Virus record (IMG/VR): IMGVR_UViG_3300014202_001550
Span: 1 to 28,226 of that record
Origin: a virus
Taxonomy: Duplodnaviria; Caudoviricetes
Reading direction: 5' to 3' (one strand)
DNA: 28,226 bases
Numbering within the stretch: the first letter of the stretch is position 1; every line of letters starts with the position of its first letter. The notes under the pieces were generated by a model that saw only the letters and a program-made list of their open reading frames with translations, ran no database searches and was not told where the DNA came from. Position numbers and translations under genes: made by a program. Shown here piece by piece: positions 8,362-18,675 of the stretch.

Positions 8362-8946
8362 TTAAGAACCTGTTGAATTTATGATTGAAAAATGAATAGA
8401 AAAGTTATCTGCAAAACTACTACCTAATGGGTCATCTACATATATACCATATGTAAACTTACCTGTTTCAACAGTAGTTAGACCTCGTTTCAAAGTAATA
8501 CCACTAGAAGCATAATCATGATTGCATAAAAATGTTACGTTTATTACAGAAGAAGCCGAAGAAACTTTTGAAGCCGAAACAGTAATCAAAAAGTTGGTAG
8601 TATCTGCTAGACCACTATTTGATACATTTACCCTTCCAGCCTGTGCTGTTCCAAAGTTTGATGTTACACTTGTAACTAAAAACGAACTTGCTTCAACTAC
8701 TGCAGTTGGAACGTATACTGAACTTGCAGACAAACTAGTTACATTTGCATTTGTTACAGTTATGTTTGTCAATATACTAGTAGTTGAAGTCAAACCATTT
8801 TGATCTAGATTCAACACTGCACTTTGACCTGCTTTCTGGAATGTAAACGCATTTGTAAGCGCGAAATTTGTCGCTGTACCACTTCCAACATGTACAATTG
8901 ATGCAGTAAAAGAACTAACTGTTGTATCACTAAATTGTGTTGCCAT
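8362..8946 (-). CDS. Ser/Thr-rich virion (fibre-associated) protein
   Basis: Beta-rich, S/T-rich, directly after the fibre gene. Confidence 0.55.
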   Translation of the reverse strand: MATQFSDTTVSSFTASIVHVGSGTATNFALTNAFTFQKAGQSAVLNLDQNGLTSTTSILTNITVTNANVTSLSASSVYVPTAVVEASSFLVTSVTSNFGTAQAGRVNVSNSGLADTTNFLITVSASKVSSASSVINVTFLCNHDYASSGITLKRGLTTVETGKFTYGIYVDDPLGSSFADNFSIHFSIINSTGS

Positions 8947-8971
8947 TATAATTTCCTATATTTAAAAATTC

Positions 8972-10621
8972 TTAACTGTAAGTAGCGCCGATAAGATAAT
9001 CTGGACTTCTAACAACATCACTTGATTGCCAAGCCACTGACTTATTAAAGAAGCAACCTTTTGTTTTATTGTTTCCTGAGCTAAGAATAGCACTTGCATA
9101 AAACTCACATCCTTTCATGATAGACCTTTCCAAATCAATGTTATCGGCTGTAATAAATACACATTCAACAGCTTCAAATCTTTCAACAGCATGATCAAAA
9201 CCACCATTAGTGAAAATTAAATTTTGAATTTTGCTTGTTACCTGTGTTTCAGAAGACGCAGGACGCGTCAATTGACCAAATATATTTATCATACCCTGCC
9301 CAATAATATTCATCCAATCTGGAATTTCAACATTTTCATAATATCCCGAAATATCTGGATGCTGTCTAACAATGATTGACCATATATTTGCAGAAGTCGT
9401 AACTCCATTTTCAGTAATACCTGCGACCGCTCCTGAAAGAGATTTATATGTTTTTAATTCGACATCTTCAGTTGCACTACTATCTACATACACAGTTTTA
9501 CTTTGATAAGAACTATTTATTGATTGAAAATTATCACTAATCCATTTTACATGAGCATAATCATCATTTACCAGACTACCTGTAATATACTTTGATGAAC
9601 TTGTTGGTATCTTTAAGTCTGATAATTTCCATGTATTTTGACCAGTCACTGTTGATTGCCCAAAATCTACCTGTCCTGTTTCTTCACCACCATAGACTTT
9701 TATTATATCAGTTGGTAAACCTGTAAAAGTGATGTCACCTCTTACTCTTAGAACAGGGTTTCCTGAAGTAACTGCACTGGGTTTATATATACTTGTATGA
9801 CCTAAATATGCGGTTATTGAACTAATTGATTCTGCAGTAAGTGATTTTAATTGCATTTCAGAAAGAGATGCATTTATCCTTGGAACATTGTTGGCTTGAT
9901 AACCAACGTCCAGAGCCACTATTCCACCATTAGGAGGATTACTAGCTGTTTCAATTCTAAAAGCACCAGCTGTAGTACCCGAAGTACCTAAATTAAAATT
10001 AGTACCACCTTGAAATGTCTTTTTGTTTGTAATAGTTTGGTTAGTGCCCAAAGTTACATATTCAGCAGATAACCCACTTGTAATTGAAGATAATGCAATT
10101 GTGATAGATGACAAGGAAGCTGAAATAGTATCTATTACCCAACCTGCTGCAGGTATTCTAAATCTATAATACCCGTCCACTGGAGGATTAAACGGATTAA
10201 ATCCGTTTACACCACTTAAACTTATGTCATAAGTAAACCAACCCAAAGCAGTATCACCTAGTTTATCCATTCTAACATATAAATCTTGCGTTGAAATTGC
10301 AGAACAGGATCCGTTAAAAGCAGAATATCTCGAATACTTTCTTTGAATCACATCATTTATTTTGGGTAATATACCCACAACACTTTGCGACCATTGTCCT
10401 GTGCCTAGGTCCAATGCAACATTGGGTATTTGAAAATCTCCGACTTCGTACATACCCTGACCTCTATCAGTAAAATGTCCATATGCTACTTCGGTTGATT
10501 CATTATCAACTCTTACAAATTTTATGTTTGCTTGAGTTAATCCTGTTACGAATACAGGTCCACCATCGGCTCCTGTAGTTGATACTGGTAAAATGAAAGA
10601 ATTATTTCCTGTTAATGCCAT
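8972..10621 (-). CDS. Tail fibre/spike, putative receptor-binding protein with C-terminal beta-helix-like region
   Basis: Fibre motif YVTLGTNQTITNKKTF; TVYVD..YKSLSGAV..IIV..GYYENVEI..NIIGQG resembles the start of a pectin-lyase-like helix. Confidence 0.65.
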   Translation of the reverse strand: MALTGNNSFILPVSTTGADGGPVFVTGLTQANIKFVRVDNESTEVAYGHFTDRGQGMYEVGDFQIPNVALDLGTGQWSQSVVGILPKINDVIQRKYSRYSAFNGSCSAISTQDLYVRMDKLGDTALGWFTYDISLSGVNGFNPFNPPVDGYYRFRIPAAGWVIDTISASLSSITIALSSITSGLSAEYVTLGTNQTITNKKTFQGGTNFNLGTSGTTAGAFRIETASNPPNGGIVALDVGYQANNVPRINASLSEMQLKSLTAESISSITAYLGHTSIYKPSAVTSGNPVLRVRGDITFTGLPTDIIKVYGGEETGQVDFGQSTVTGQNTWKLSDLKIPTSSSKYITGSLVNDDYAHVKWISDNFQSINSSYQSKTVYVDSSATEDVELKTYKSLSGAVAGITENGVTTSANIWSIIVRQHPDISGYYENVEIPDWMNIIGQGMINIFGQLTRPASSETQVTSKIQNLIFTNGGFDHAVERFEAVECVFITADNIDLERSIMKGCEFYASAILSSGNNKTKGCFFNKSVAWQSSDVVRSPDYLIGATYS

Positions 10622-10625
10622 TTTA

Positions 10626-11129
10626 TTATGTTATTAATCCTGGGAAAAAACTATTGTATTGAATATCATCTGGATCAATCCAGTTTAAATCTGCTACTTT
10701 TCTCTTTGTTGTAAATTGAATCACTACACCTTTATTTCCTGGAGCATTTAAACCGCCTTTATGTATTCCGAACTGAAAATTTCCTGTATAATTTACTTCA
10801 AAATATCTATCCTGTGCATCAATTCGAGGTGTAAATAATATAGGGTATCTATCTTTTCTATATTTTAAAACCTTTTCCAAAGCTTTCATTGTATCTTTGT
10901 GAATGTGTTGGTCATAATATAGAGTCCAATTTATTCTATATCCTCTTACATATTCTTCAATACAATCATCAAACAATAAATAATGAGAAGCTTTTAATTC
11001 ATCTGTATCTTCAATTAATCCACTTTCATTTGTTAGAGGAAAAGGTATATGTTCAACTATTTCATTTGTAATCGGATGTAATGCTGTGAATTTAGGTTTA
11101 TCCGAACCATTTATATAATCTATTGCCAT
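10626..11129 (-). CDS. Putative tail-tip protein
   Basis: Position after tape measure, TAATG coupling, beta-rich (RGYRINWTLYY). Confidence 0.5.
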   Translation of the reverse strand: MAIDYINGSDKPKFTALHPITNEIVEHIPFPLTNESGLIEDTDELKASHYLLFDDCIEEYVRGYRINWTLYYDQHIHKDTMKALEKVLKYRKDRYPILFTPRIDAQDRYFEVNYTGNFQFGIHKGGLNAPGNKGVVIQFTTKRKVADLNWIDPDDIQYNSFFPGLIT

Positions 11130-12841
11130 TACTCACTTGTTTTAACTAAACTCATCTTAGTAGTTTCTTTTATAAAATCTAATTCAATACTCTTTACAGT
11201 AAAGAAACTATTATCGAAAAAATCCATTCCTGAACCTGTGAAATTATATTTTGAGTGAATATTTGGGTATAATCCTTTAATGTTTACATCAACTGTTTGA
11301 CCATTAGAAGCATTTACAAATGGAAGATAATTATTTCTAAATGTTTCACTTTGAGTATATGAATTGTAGTCCAATCCTATTGTGGCATTATTACCACCAA
11401 ATTTGAAAAGCATTGAACCGCAATTACCATTGAAAATTATGTCTCGGTCACTTTCTCCCATGCTTGTAGCAGGATAGTTTCTTCCGCTATTTGTATTCAC
11501 GACTGTTTTCATAGTAGTGTGTTCACCACCATCTAAGTAAATTATCTTCTTTGATTTGATGAATTTTCTATGAGTATCTCTATTGTTATTCCAGTTAGGA
11601 TTACCATTATATTCTATTTCTGCCCAATCAAATGCTTCCTGTGCTCTTGCATTTTCTATTGCATACCTTGTTGAAAACGAAGTATAAGGATATAGTATAT
11701 AACCATTAGGACTCCCTCCGATCCTTTCAAAAAAATGAGATTGATTTATTACTGGGGAATGCTTAAGTGTAACCATTTTAAAACAATTACCTTGAGTATG
11801 ATAATAACCATTTGATGTAATGTTACCATCTGGAATTATCAAATATTCAAAATCACTTGTATTAAGTTTATATCCTATTTCCCAATCATCTTCTACATTA
11901 CCAAATGGAATGCTTGTAGTGGTATTCTCAGCTTCAGACCTATTGATTATATTCAAGTATAATTCGTATAAATTTGTATATGGTCTTTGCGTGATAAACC
12001 AAGTCCAACCCATTGCGTAACAAACACATTCGAGAAAATCGAAAACAGAAAATCCCTGCTGCCAAAATCTCTTATAACCACTTCTAAGAAACCAATTATT
12101 AGTAACACCAGATTGATAAAACATTTGAGGAATATTGTTTACATACCAATCATTCCATGCTTGGTTACCTGGTCCAGGTCCGATAACTTGGGTATTGATA
12201 TTCATCGGGAATAGTACACTAAAAAATGTTTTAGCTGTACATAATGTATTTTCTGCTGTTCCATTTGAATCTTCTGAACGAGGGTCACCTGCCCATGGTA
12301 ATACTGTTACTTCTACCAAACCGTTATTTCCAAACCCCTGTGTTGAATGATAGGGACTTGTTAAATCTTTACCTGAAAAATATTGTTTAAACTCTTTCAT
12401 CATGTCCAGAATTTGAACTGTAATTATTTCAGTTTGTCCAGTGTTGTTGAAAATTTCTTTAATGTTGTCTGGATTAATATATCCAGACATATAGTTTGTA
12501 CCATTATATTTTAAATCAATATAAAATCTTCTAAATTGTAGAATATTTGTCCTGTCAAATAATCCGAAATAATTCATTAAAAATTTATTATTCTTTAATC
12601 CTGAAAGTTTTAGAGAAATATTATTTACATCGTAATACACTGTATTAAATCCATCTTGTAAGGAACTACCAGTTTTCTGTTTTATCAAATTACCAATATC
12701 GGTTGCATATTGAGCTAAATTGATTCTTTCGCCAATTTGTATTTTGGATATTCCACTATTCATTATTGAACGTTCGGAATATGTTGATACATGGTCAAAT
12801 TCATAACAGGTACATAATATTTCTATATCATTTATTGCCAT
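11129..12841 (-). CDS. Putative tail-tip/hub protein
   Basis: 570 aa immediately downstream of tape measure; SVFDFLECVCYAMGW resembles hub-protein segments. Confidence 0.55.
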   Translation of the reverse strand: MAINDIEILCTCYEFDHVSTYSERSIMNSGISKIQIGERINLAQYATDIGNLIKQKTGSSLQDGFNTVYYDVNNISLKLSGLKNNKFLMNYFGLFDRTNILQFRRFYIDLKYNGTNYMSGYINPDNIKEIFNNTGQTEIITVQILDMMKEFKQYFSGKDLTSPYHSTQGFGNNGLVEVTVLPWAGDPRSEDSNGTAENTLCTAKTFFSVLFPMNINTQVIGPGPGNQAWNDWYVNNIPQMFYQSGVTNNWFLRSGYKRFWQQGFSVFDFLECVCYAMGWTWFITQRPYTNLYELYLNIINRSEAENTTTSIPFGNVEDDWEIGYKLNTSDFEYLIIPDGNITSNGYYHTQGNCFKMVTLKHSPVINQSHFFERIGGSPNGYILYPYTSFSTRYAIENARAQEAFDWAEIEYNGNPNWNNNRDTHRKFIKSKKIIYLDGGEHTTMKTVVNTNSGRNYPATSMGESDRDIIFNGNCGSMLFKFGGNNATIGLDYNSYTQSETFRNNYLPFVNASNGQTVDVNIKGLYPNIHSKYNFTGSGMDFFDNSFFTVKSIELDFIKETTKMSLVKTSE

Positions 12842-15800
12842 TTATAATTTGATTGAATTTTTATATTCCTGATAAGCAGGATCTGCTTCAATCATAAATT
12901 CTACTAATTTTGTATTTGCTTTTATATAAATATCTGGAGCTTTAATTTGAGGTCTTGTATTATTATATAATCCACCCATATTAAATGCTGTTTGATTATA
13001 CTTAGTAGCTGTATTTCCATTTATTGCATGTAATAAAGGTAAATTTTGAGAAGTAGCATGAGCATTTACAACAAACTCACCATTACTTAACCAAGCAGGT
13101 ATACTATCTGATAACCAACTTCCTGGTCCTGAAACATATCCTCCTTCTGCGAATGGAATAGCTTTTGATGCAATAGAACCCACACCACCAAAAAATCCGA
13201 ATATACTACTGATTGATTCTAATGTTTTTATTAATGCTACTATTGATTGAACTATACTAAATGCCTGTTGTAATTTTACTACTAAAGAATTGTCGCTAAA
13301 TGCAACACCAAGCAAATTTGCTATTTGATTTACAACACCAAATGCCTGTGTTAATGAACTAGTAACTGCATCATATAATTCATCTTGAATTTTTTGTGCT
13401 AATTGTTTTAATTGTATATCAAATCTAATTTGTTCTGCTTTCTCAAGTCTTTCCTTATCTCTTTCTGATATATCTGTTCTTCTTTTTATATTTCTAATTG
13501 CTTCAGAATGATTAAACTTCATTAATTCCAATTCTCTATTATAAACATTCTCAATACTTTCCAGATTTGCTTTTTCCAAATCATGGATTGTGTCCATTTC
13601 ATTCTTATTTCTTTGCTTTTCTTTTTCTTCTTCTTGTTTTCTTAGTTGTTGTTTAATTCCATATTGTTTAAATACTTCATCACTAACTTTATTTTCTAAT
13701 TTAGCAGTATCTAATACTAAATCTGTGATTCTTTTATTGACTTCTTCAGTTGCTTCTTTTGTCTTTAATGTTTTGGATATAATTTCATATTCATCTTGTT
13801 CTTTCTCATTCCTGTCTAAAAACAATTTATCTACTTCTAATACAGATAGATGTTCTTTCTCTTTTCTAATTTCAATTTGCTTAGTTATTTCTTCATACTT
13901 TTTCTTTATTTCATCAAGTTTCTTTATTTCTTCTTTTGCTGCTTCACTTTTATTATTTTTATCACTGCCTGGTTTAAAATCTCCACTAAAATCATTACCC
14001 TTTTTATTATTTAATCTATCACTTTCAGCTTTTATTCTAGCAATAATATCGTTTGCTCTTTGTTCCATTGCTTTAGCAACTTCAACTGGAGTATTAGGAT
14101 CCTGTGCAACTTTTATCAAAACACTTGCTTGGTTTAATAAACCCATTATTTCAGCACTTTGAGCTAGAGCTTGATTAAGATTCAATATATTTGCAATTGT
14201 GTTTCCAGTTAAATTTGCAAATGCTTGCTCTAATAATTTTGCTGCTTGTATATTATTTCCTATTTCAGCTTTTGTTTGTTGAAATACCTGTACTAAATTT
14301 CCATTCTTTATACCTTCAGCTAATACTTCCTGAAACCTTAATTTCAATTCTCTTAATGCTCTTTCACTATCATTGACCTCTTTTCTCAATTCTCCCATTC
14401 TATCGGTAGCATCAATTATTCGAGGTATACCAAATGCATCTGTTTCTTGACCTGTGGTAACTAATTCTTCTAATGCTTTTTTATTATCTTCTATGGTTTC
14501 TAAATAATCTATATTGGCATCAATTAAGTCTCCAATTTGTTCTACTTGTTTATCAATTTGTACTTGTTGTTGTAGTTTTAATCTTTCTTCTTCCTGTTCA
14601 ACTATTGCTTTTAAAGTTTCTAAGTTTATTTGTTCTGCTTCATCTTTATCATTTACACCACTTACAACTTCAGGATATAATCCCTTTACCTTTTCTAATG
14701 TCTTGTTATAATTTTCTTGTTCTGTTTTTGATAATACATTAGCAGATACAGCCCCAGCAATTACGGTTTTTAAATCATTAATATTTTGCTTTGTTGTTTC
14801 AATTTCAGAACCTAATTTCTTAATTTCTTCACCAGATCCTTCAAATGATTCATTAAAAGACTCTATACTTGGTGTTGCACTATTTAATATTGCTACTAAT
14901 GCTGCGGAGGCTACTACAATAGCTCCAATTGCAATTAGTATTCCACCTGTTGATATGTTTAATGCCGTAAAAGCCACTATTACTGCTCCTATTGCGGGTA
15001 ATATCTGAAGTGCTGCCGAACCGATTCCCCCAATTAAAACTATTAATCTTGAAGCACTTTCAGTTCCTAAACCTAAACTTTCAGATAATTTTATAAATGT
15101 ACCTGCTAAATCCTGACCTAATTTTGCTTTTGCATTTTCTAATTCTACTGTAATATTCTTTAAAGTATCTGCTTGGTCATTTTGTTTACTATTTATATCA
15201 TCAAGGGAAGAACCATAAACTTTTAAAGTAGCTTGCAATCTTAATCTTTGAGCTGATTCATCTGTTAAATTCTGGATTTGTTTTTCGGTTAATCCAGAAG
15301 TTATTCTCATTGTTTCATTAACTTTTTCTAAATCGAAATTCAAAGTTAATGCACTTCTTCTTTGTCCTGTTAAGATAAATTTTTCTAATGCCTGTGTAGT
15401 AGATTCTATTGATCCACCGAACAAATCTGTTCTTCTCTCAGCTAAATCCATAAACCTTGCTGTTTCTTCAGATGAAAATCCCAGTGAACGAGTAGCATTT
15501 GATAACTTTATAATTTCTGCATCTGTTAAATTTCCTGAAGTAGCTTTTTTTAACAATTCTAATTGTACATTTGCCTTTCCAACACCACCCTCTATTTCAT
15601 TAAATCCTTCTTTAAGTACACTTAATTCTGCTCCTGCTGAAACAACATCAAACATTTCCTTTCCAAAATCTATTAAACCTTTTATTGCTGTTTGAACTGC
15701 AAAGGCTAATACAGAAATATTTTCACCCATTTCAAGGAGTGCCTGACCGCTCATTTTTGTTTCAGCACTTAAACCTTTTTGTTCTCTAACTAATCCCTTT

Positions 15801-15985
15801 ATTGTATCAGATAATTCACCCGCTCTCTTTTGAAATGATTTATATGCATCACTCCCTCTTTGTCCTGATTCCACAAGTTGATCCATACCCCTTTTTAATT
15901 GTTGCTGTTCCTCACGCAAAGATGCTAGACCTCTATTATCTAGGGAAGTAGTTATCTTAATTTTTAAATCATCAATTAATGCCAA
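12842..15985 (-). CDS. Tail tape measure protein (TTG start)
   Basis: 1047 aa helical/coiled-coil protein with hydrophobic segments and C-terminal FAEGGYVSGPG..SDSIPAWLSNGEFVVNA motif. Confidence 0.93.
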   Translation of the reverse strand: MALIDDLKIKITTSLDNRGLASLREEQQQLKRGMDQLVESGQRGSDAYKSFQKRAGELSDTIKGLVREQKGLSAETKMSGQALLEMGENISVLAFAVQTAIKGLIDFGKEMFDVVSAGAELSVLKEGFNEIEGGVGKANVQLELLKKATSGNLTDAEIIKLSNATRSLGFSSEETARFMDLAERRTDLFGGSIESTTQALEKFILTGQRRSALTLNFDLEKVNETMRITSGLTEKQIQNLTDESAQRLRLQATLKVYGSSLDDINSKQNDQADTLKNITVELENAKAKLGQDLAGTFIKLSESLGLGTESASRLIVLIGGIGSAALQILPAIGAVIVAFTALNISTGGILIAIGAIVVASAALVAILNSATPSIESFNESFEGSGEEIKKLGSEIETTKQNINDLKTVIAGAVSANVLSKTEQENYNKTLEKVKGLYPEVVSGVNDKDEAEQINLETLKAIVEQEEERLKLQQQVQIDKQVEQIGDLIDANIDYLETIEDNKKALEELVTTGQETDAFGIPRIIDATDRMGELRKEVNDSERALRELKLRFQEVLAEGIKNGNLVQVFQQTKAEIGNNIQAAKLLEQAFANLTGNTIANILNLNQALAQSAEIMGLLNQASVLIKVAQDPNTPVEVAKAMEQRANDIIARIKAESDRLNNKKGNDFSGDFKPGSDKNNKSEAAKEEIKKLDEIKKKYEEITKQIEIRKEKEHLSVLEVDKLFLDRNEKEQDEYEIISKTLKTKEATEEVNKRITDLVLDTAKLENKVSDEVFKQYGIKQQLRKQEEEKEKQRNKNEMDTIHDLEKANLESIENVYNRELELMKFNHSEAIRNIKRRTDISERDKERLEKAEQIRFDIQLKQLAQKIQDELYDAVTSSLTQAFGVVNQIANLLGVAFSDNSLVVKLQQAFSIVQSIVALIKTLESISSIFGFFGGVGSIASKAIPFAEGGYVSGPGSWLSDSIPAWLSNGEFVVNAHATSQNLPLLHAINGNTATKYNQTAFNMGGLYNNTRPQIKAPDIYIKANTKLVEFMIEADPAYQEYKNSIKL

Positions 15986-16008
15986 TTATTTTTAACTCAA
16001 GGGAATAT

Positions 16009-16035
16009 TGCCTATGCCGGCTACGGCATTAGGCA
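16009..16035 (-). promoter_or_regulatory. Strong stem-loop just upstream of the tape measure start
   Basis: TGCCTATGCCG-GCTA-CGGCATTAGGCA (11 bp, one bulge); no clear U-tract. Confidence 0.55.
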
Positions 16036-16046
16036 TAAGATAAAAC

Positions 16047-16478
16047 CTATTTTAATTCTACTTTACTCTTTTCTAACCATCTTTCAATATCTTGTTTCAA
16101 TCTTATTTCATTATATCCAAATACATGTCTTGGTGGTAAATGTGTTGATGGATCACCTTTTTGTAATCTTTTCATTACATCATTATTTCTACCTTGCTCT
16201 ACATACACTTCATATTCATTAACCCCATTTGCTTTCATTCTAATACTATTTAATAATCGTCCTGTTCTACCCTGAAACACCCTACTATGACCTTTTTCTC
16301 TAATAGTTCTCAGTGCATTTGGAGCTATTTTTGTACCATCAAAACTTCTTGCTGTTTGAAGATTTTTGTCAATATCTTCTTTAATTAACTGTGCGATATT
16401 TTTTAATGGTATATCAACTGATAGGGTAGCTGATGTTAATTTATCTAAATTTTGAAACTCAATTTTTATATTAAACAT
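16047..16478 (-). CDS. Tail-completion / virion morphogenesis protein (HK97 gp10 / P2 gpS-like)
   Basis: DGTKIAPN..TI..KG..RTGRLLNSI...LQKG...LPPRHVFG. Confidence 0.7.
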   Translation of the reverse strand: MFNIKIEFQNLDKLTSATLSVDIPLKNIAQLIKEDIDKNLQTARSFDGTKIAPNALRTIREKGHSRVFQGRTGRLLNSIRMKANGVNEYEVYVEQGRNNDVMKRLQKGDPSTHLPPRHVFGYNEIRLKQDIERWLEKSKVELK

Positions 16479-16704
16479 AAAATGAATATCCTAATTTATA
16501 ACCCTGAGAATAAGAAAATGAATCATTTGATATATAGAATACTGCCTTATATGGAATTATATTATGTATTCCATCTTCTGTTTGTCTACTAACACTTACT
16601 TTTGAATAAAGAACTAAACTGGGTTTCTCTACAATCACATAATCAGATTTATTCTTAAATCTTGTATCTAAATATTTTCTTAATTGTTCGATCCTTTTAT
16701 TCAT
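16471..16704 (-). CDS. Hypothetical protein (77 aa)
   Basis: Overlaps both neighbours (ATGA coupling with the upstream ORF). Confidence 0.6.
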   Translation of the reverse strand: MNKRIEQLRKYLDTRFKNKSDYVIVEKPSLVLYSKVSVSRQTEDGIHNIIPYKAVFYISNDSFSYSQGYKLGYSFYV

Positions 16705-17048
16705 GCTCTCATTCTTTGGTTTGCTTCTTTTTCACAATAATTTTTATACTTTTCATAACTCATATATTCAAAAAAGTCTGGATAATTTAAATTTTCAGTA
16801 ACCCATTTCTTTTTTGATATATCACCATTAAATAATAAATGTATCATATAACCTATTGCCACCTCATTTTCATCTAAATCATATTCATCTACTGTATCAT
16901 TATCCTTATTATGAACTATATACTTATTAGGTAATTTAATATCATCTAATTTTGGATCATCAGAATGTTGGTATTTAGCAAATGCATAAATCCACGCATC
17001 ACATTCGTTTAATATTTCTTGGAGCGAACTAAAAAAAAATAGAAACAT
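16701..17048 (-). CDS. Tail assembly chaperone, frameshifted C-terminal part (gpT-like)
   Basis: Overlaps the upstream ORF in the -1 frame across a T9 run. Confidence 0.7.
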   Translation of the reverse strand: MFLFFFSSLQEILNECDAWIYAFAKYQHSDDPKLDDIKLPNKYIVHNKDNDTVDEYDLDENEVAIGYMIHLLFNGDISKKKWVTENLNYPDFFEYMSYEKYKNYCEKEANQRMRA

Positions 17049-17515
17049 CTCTTTAGAAAATTAGAATATTCGCCATATTCCTGAAAATCCATTTTATTAA
17101 CAATTTCATTCGAGTGATTTATATCACAATTTTCGAATAGAATATCCGTTAACAATTGAGCATTTTCTTCCTCTAATAGAAGTGTTTCTATTGCTAAATC
17201 CTGAAAATTAGATAAGTTTTCTCCAGAAGGTATAAATTCAGGTTTCTCTAAAACCACTTTTTCCATGGCTTTTAAAAATGTTTCTGATTGAGTCTTAACA
17301 TCTTCTGGAGTTACATTTTTTTCCTTGAAATATTCTTTAAGAAAATCCTTATTTGTAATAAGCAATTTATTCAACTCATTCTTTGCTTCATAAGTGAAAT
17401 TGCTCAATACATTTACATATCTTTTATTTAACTGTAATGCTTTTTGCATGTACGGTCTAAAAGATTTAGTTCTTAAAGTATATGATTTGTCTTTGTAAAA
17501 TAAAAGATTTTCCAT
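17009..17515 (-). CDS. Tail assembly chaperone (gpG-like)
   Basis: Directly downstream of the major tail gene; ends just after the slippery site. Confidence 0.7.
   Translation of the reverse strand: MENLLFYKDKSYTLRTKSFRPYMQKALQLNKRYVNVLSNFTYEAKNELNKLLITNKDFLKEYFKEKNVTPEDVKTQSETFLKAMEKVVLEKPEFIPSGENLSNFQDLAIETLLLEEENAQLLTDILFENCDINHSNEIVNKMDFQEYGEYSNFLKRCFYFFLVRSKKY
17030..17039 (-). other. Programmed -1 frameshift slippery site (T TTT TTA within a T9 run)
   Basis: G frame TAT TTT TTT TTA GTT; -1 frame CTA TTT TTT TTT AGT stays open to 16701. Confidence 0.75.
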
Positions 17516-17558
17516 CGTTAATTTATATTTTACTCGTTAAAAAAACTTACTACAAACT

Positions 17559-18119
17559 TTATGAAATAGCGGTTTCAACGACGGTATAATAATCACCTGC
17601 CGCAACTGAAACAGTAGTTCCTGAAGCAGATCCTACTGCACAATAAGCACCATAAGCACTTGCTGCAATTGATACTGCACTTTCAAGAATGGAAGATTTA
17701 TATTCGAAAGGAATAGTTCCATCTGCAAACTTTAGTTCAATTTGAGGAGTAATACTTCCAGTACCAAAAAATATCTCTTGGTATTTTCCATTTACAGTTC
17801 CATTGAATTTGTACATTTGATAAAATTTACCTCTTACTTCTTTGGCTATATTGATATTTCCAGAAGCAGATTGTAACATAGTTCCAGTAACCATTACCGA
17901 ACGATTACCCTCTACAGTTACTACTACATTTCCAGTTTCATCAATTATATCCTGAGTAGGAGTCTTATCCGATAATGTACTTTCTTTTATATATCCAAGT
18001 GAATGAGGTGTGTCAGGTGAAGACAGTTGAGTACCATTTTCGTCAACTTGAGTAACTTTAATTTCACCACCACCATAAATATTTACACTTGCTTTACTTT
18101 TGCTAGTCGTTAATGCCAT
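17559..18119 (-). CDS. Major tail (tube) protein
   Basis: 186 aa, beta-rich (LGYIKESTL, DETGNVV); lies between the terminator and chaperone genes. Confidence 0.75.
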   Translation of the reverse strand: MALTTSKSKASVNIYGGGEIKVTQVDENGTQLSSPDTPHSLGYIKESTLSDKTPTQDIIDETGNVVVTVEGNRSVMVTGTMLQSASGNINIAKEVRGKFYQMYKFNGTVNGKYQEIFFGTGSITPQIELKFADGTIPFEYKSSILESAVSIAASAYGAYCAVGSASGTTVSVAAGDYYTVVETAIS

Positions 18120-18171
18120 AATTTTTATAAGAGATTAAAAAGAGGAGAAAACTTATTTACTATTCTATATT

Positions 18172-18663
18172 CTAAACTTCTGGTCTTGAATCAAAAGAAC
18201 CATCAAATATTTCATCATATTCGATTAATATATTACAAACTATAATTCCTTTATTTACTACATCATCTGGATAAGTTTCAATATTACTAACAATTAATTT
18301 ACTTATTCCCAAATCCAGAACATACAAACCTTTATTTTCTTCATTATAAAAAAAGTTTAATACATCATCGATGAGGTTTTCACAATAATCTGAAATTATC
18401 CCTGTTTTACTCGGGTCCTTTTCAGCTGAGATTACACCAACAAACATTAAATTCAATTGGCATTTATCGGTCGTTCCAGCTTCAAAATCTGATTCTCTAC
18501 TTTCACTGTTATAAGCAAAATATACAGTAGGATATTCCTTTACATCTTCTAATGCTAAAAATTTCTTGTAAAATTTTTTTAAGGTAAAATTATATCCATT
18601 GTTGACCGTCCATAACGATAAATCTCTATATATTCTATTTCTTATCAATTGCCTTTTAGACAT
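18172..18663 (-). CDS. Tail terminator protein
   Basis: MSKRQLIRNRI..L..NGY..YP.V...LIDDV pattern; upstream of the major tail gene. Confidence 0.65.
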   Translation of the reverse strand: MSKRQLIRNRIYRDLSLWTVNNGYNFTLKKFYKKFLALEDVKEYPTVYFAYNSESRESDFEAGTTDKCQLNLMFVGVISAEKDPSKTGIISDYCENLIDDVLNFFYNEENKGLYVLDLGISKLIVSNIETYPDDVVNKGIIVCNILIEYDEIFDGSFDSRPEV

Positions 18664-18675
18664 GTTTTCCCGTTA

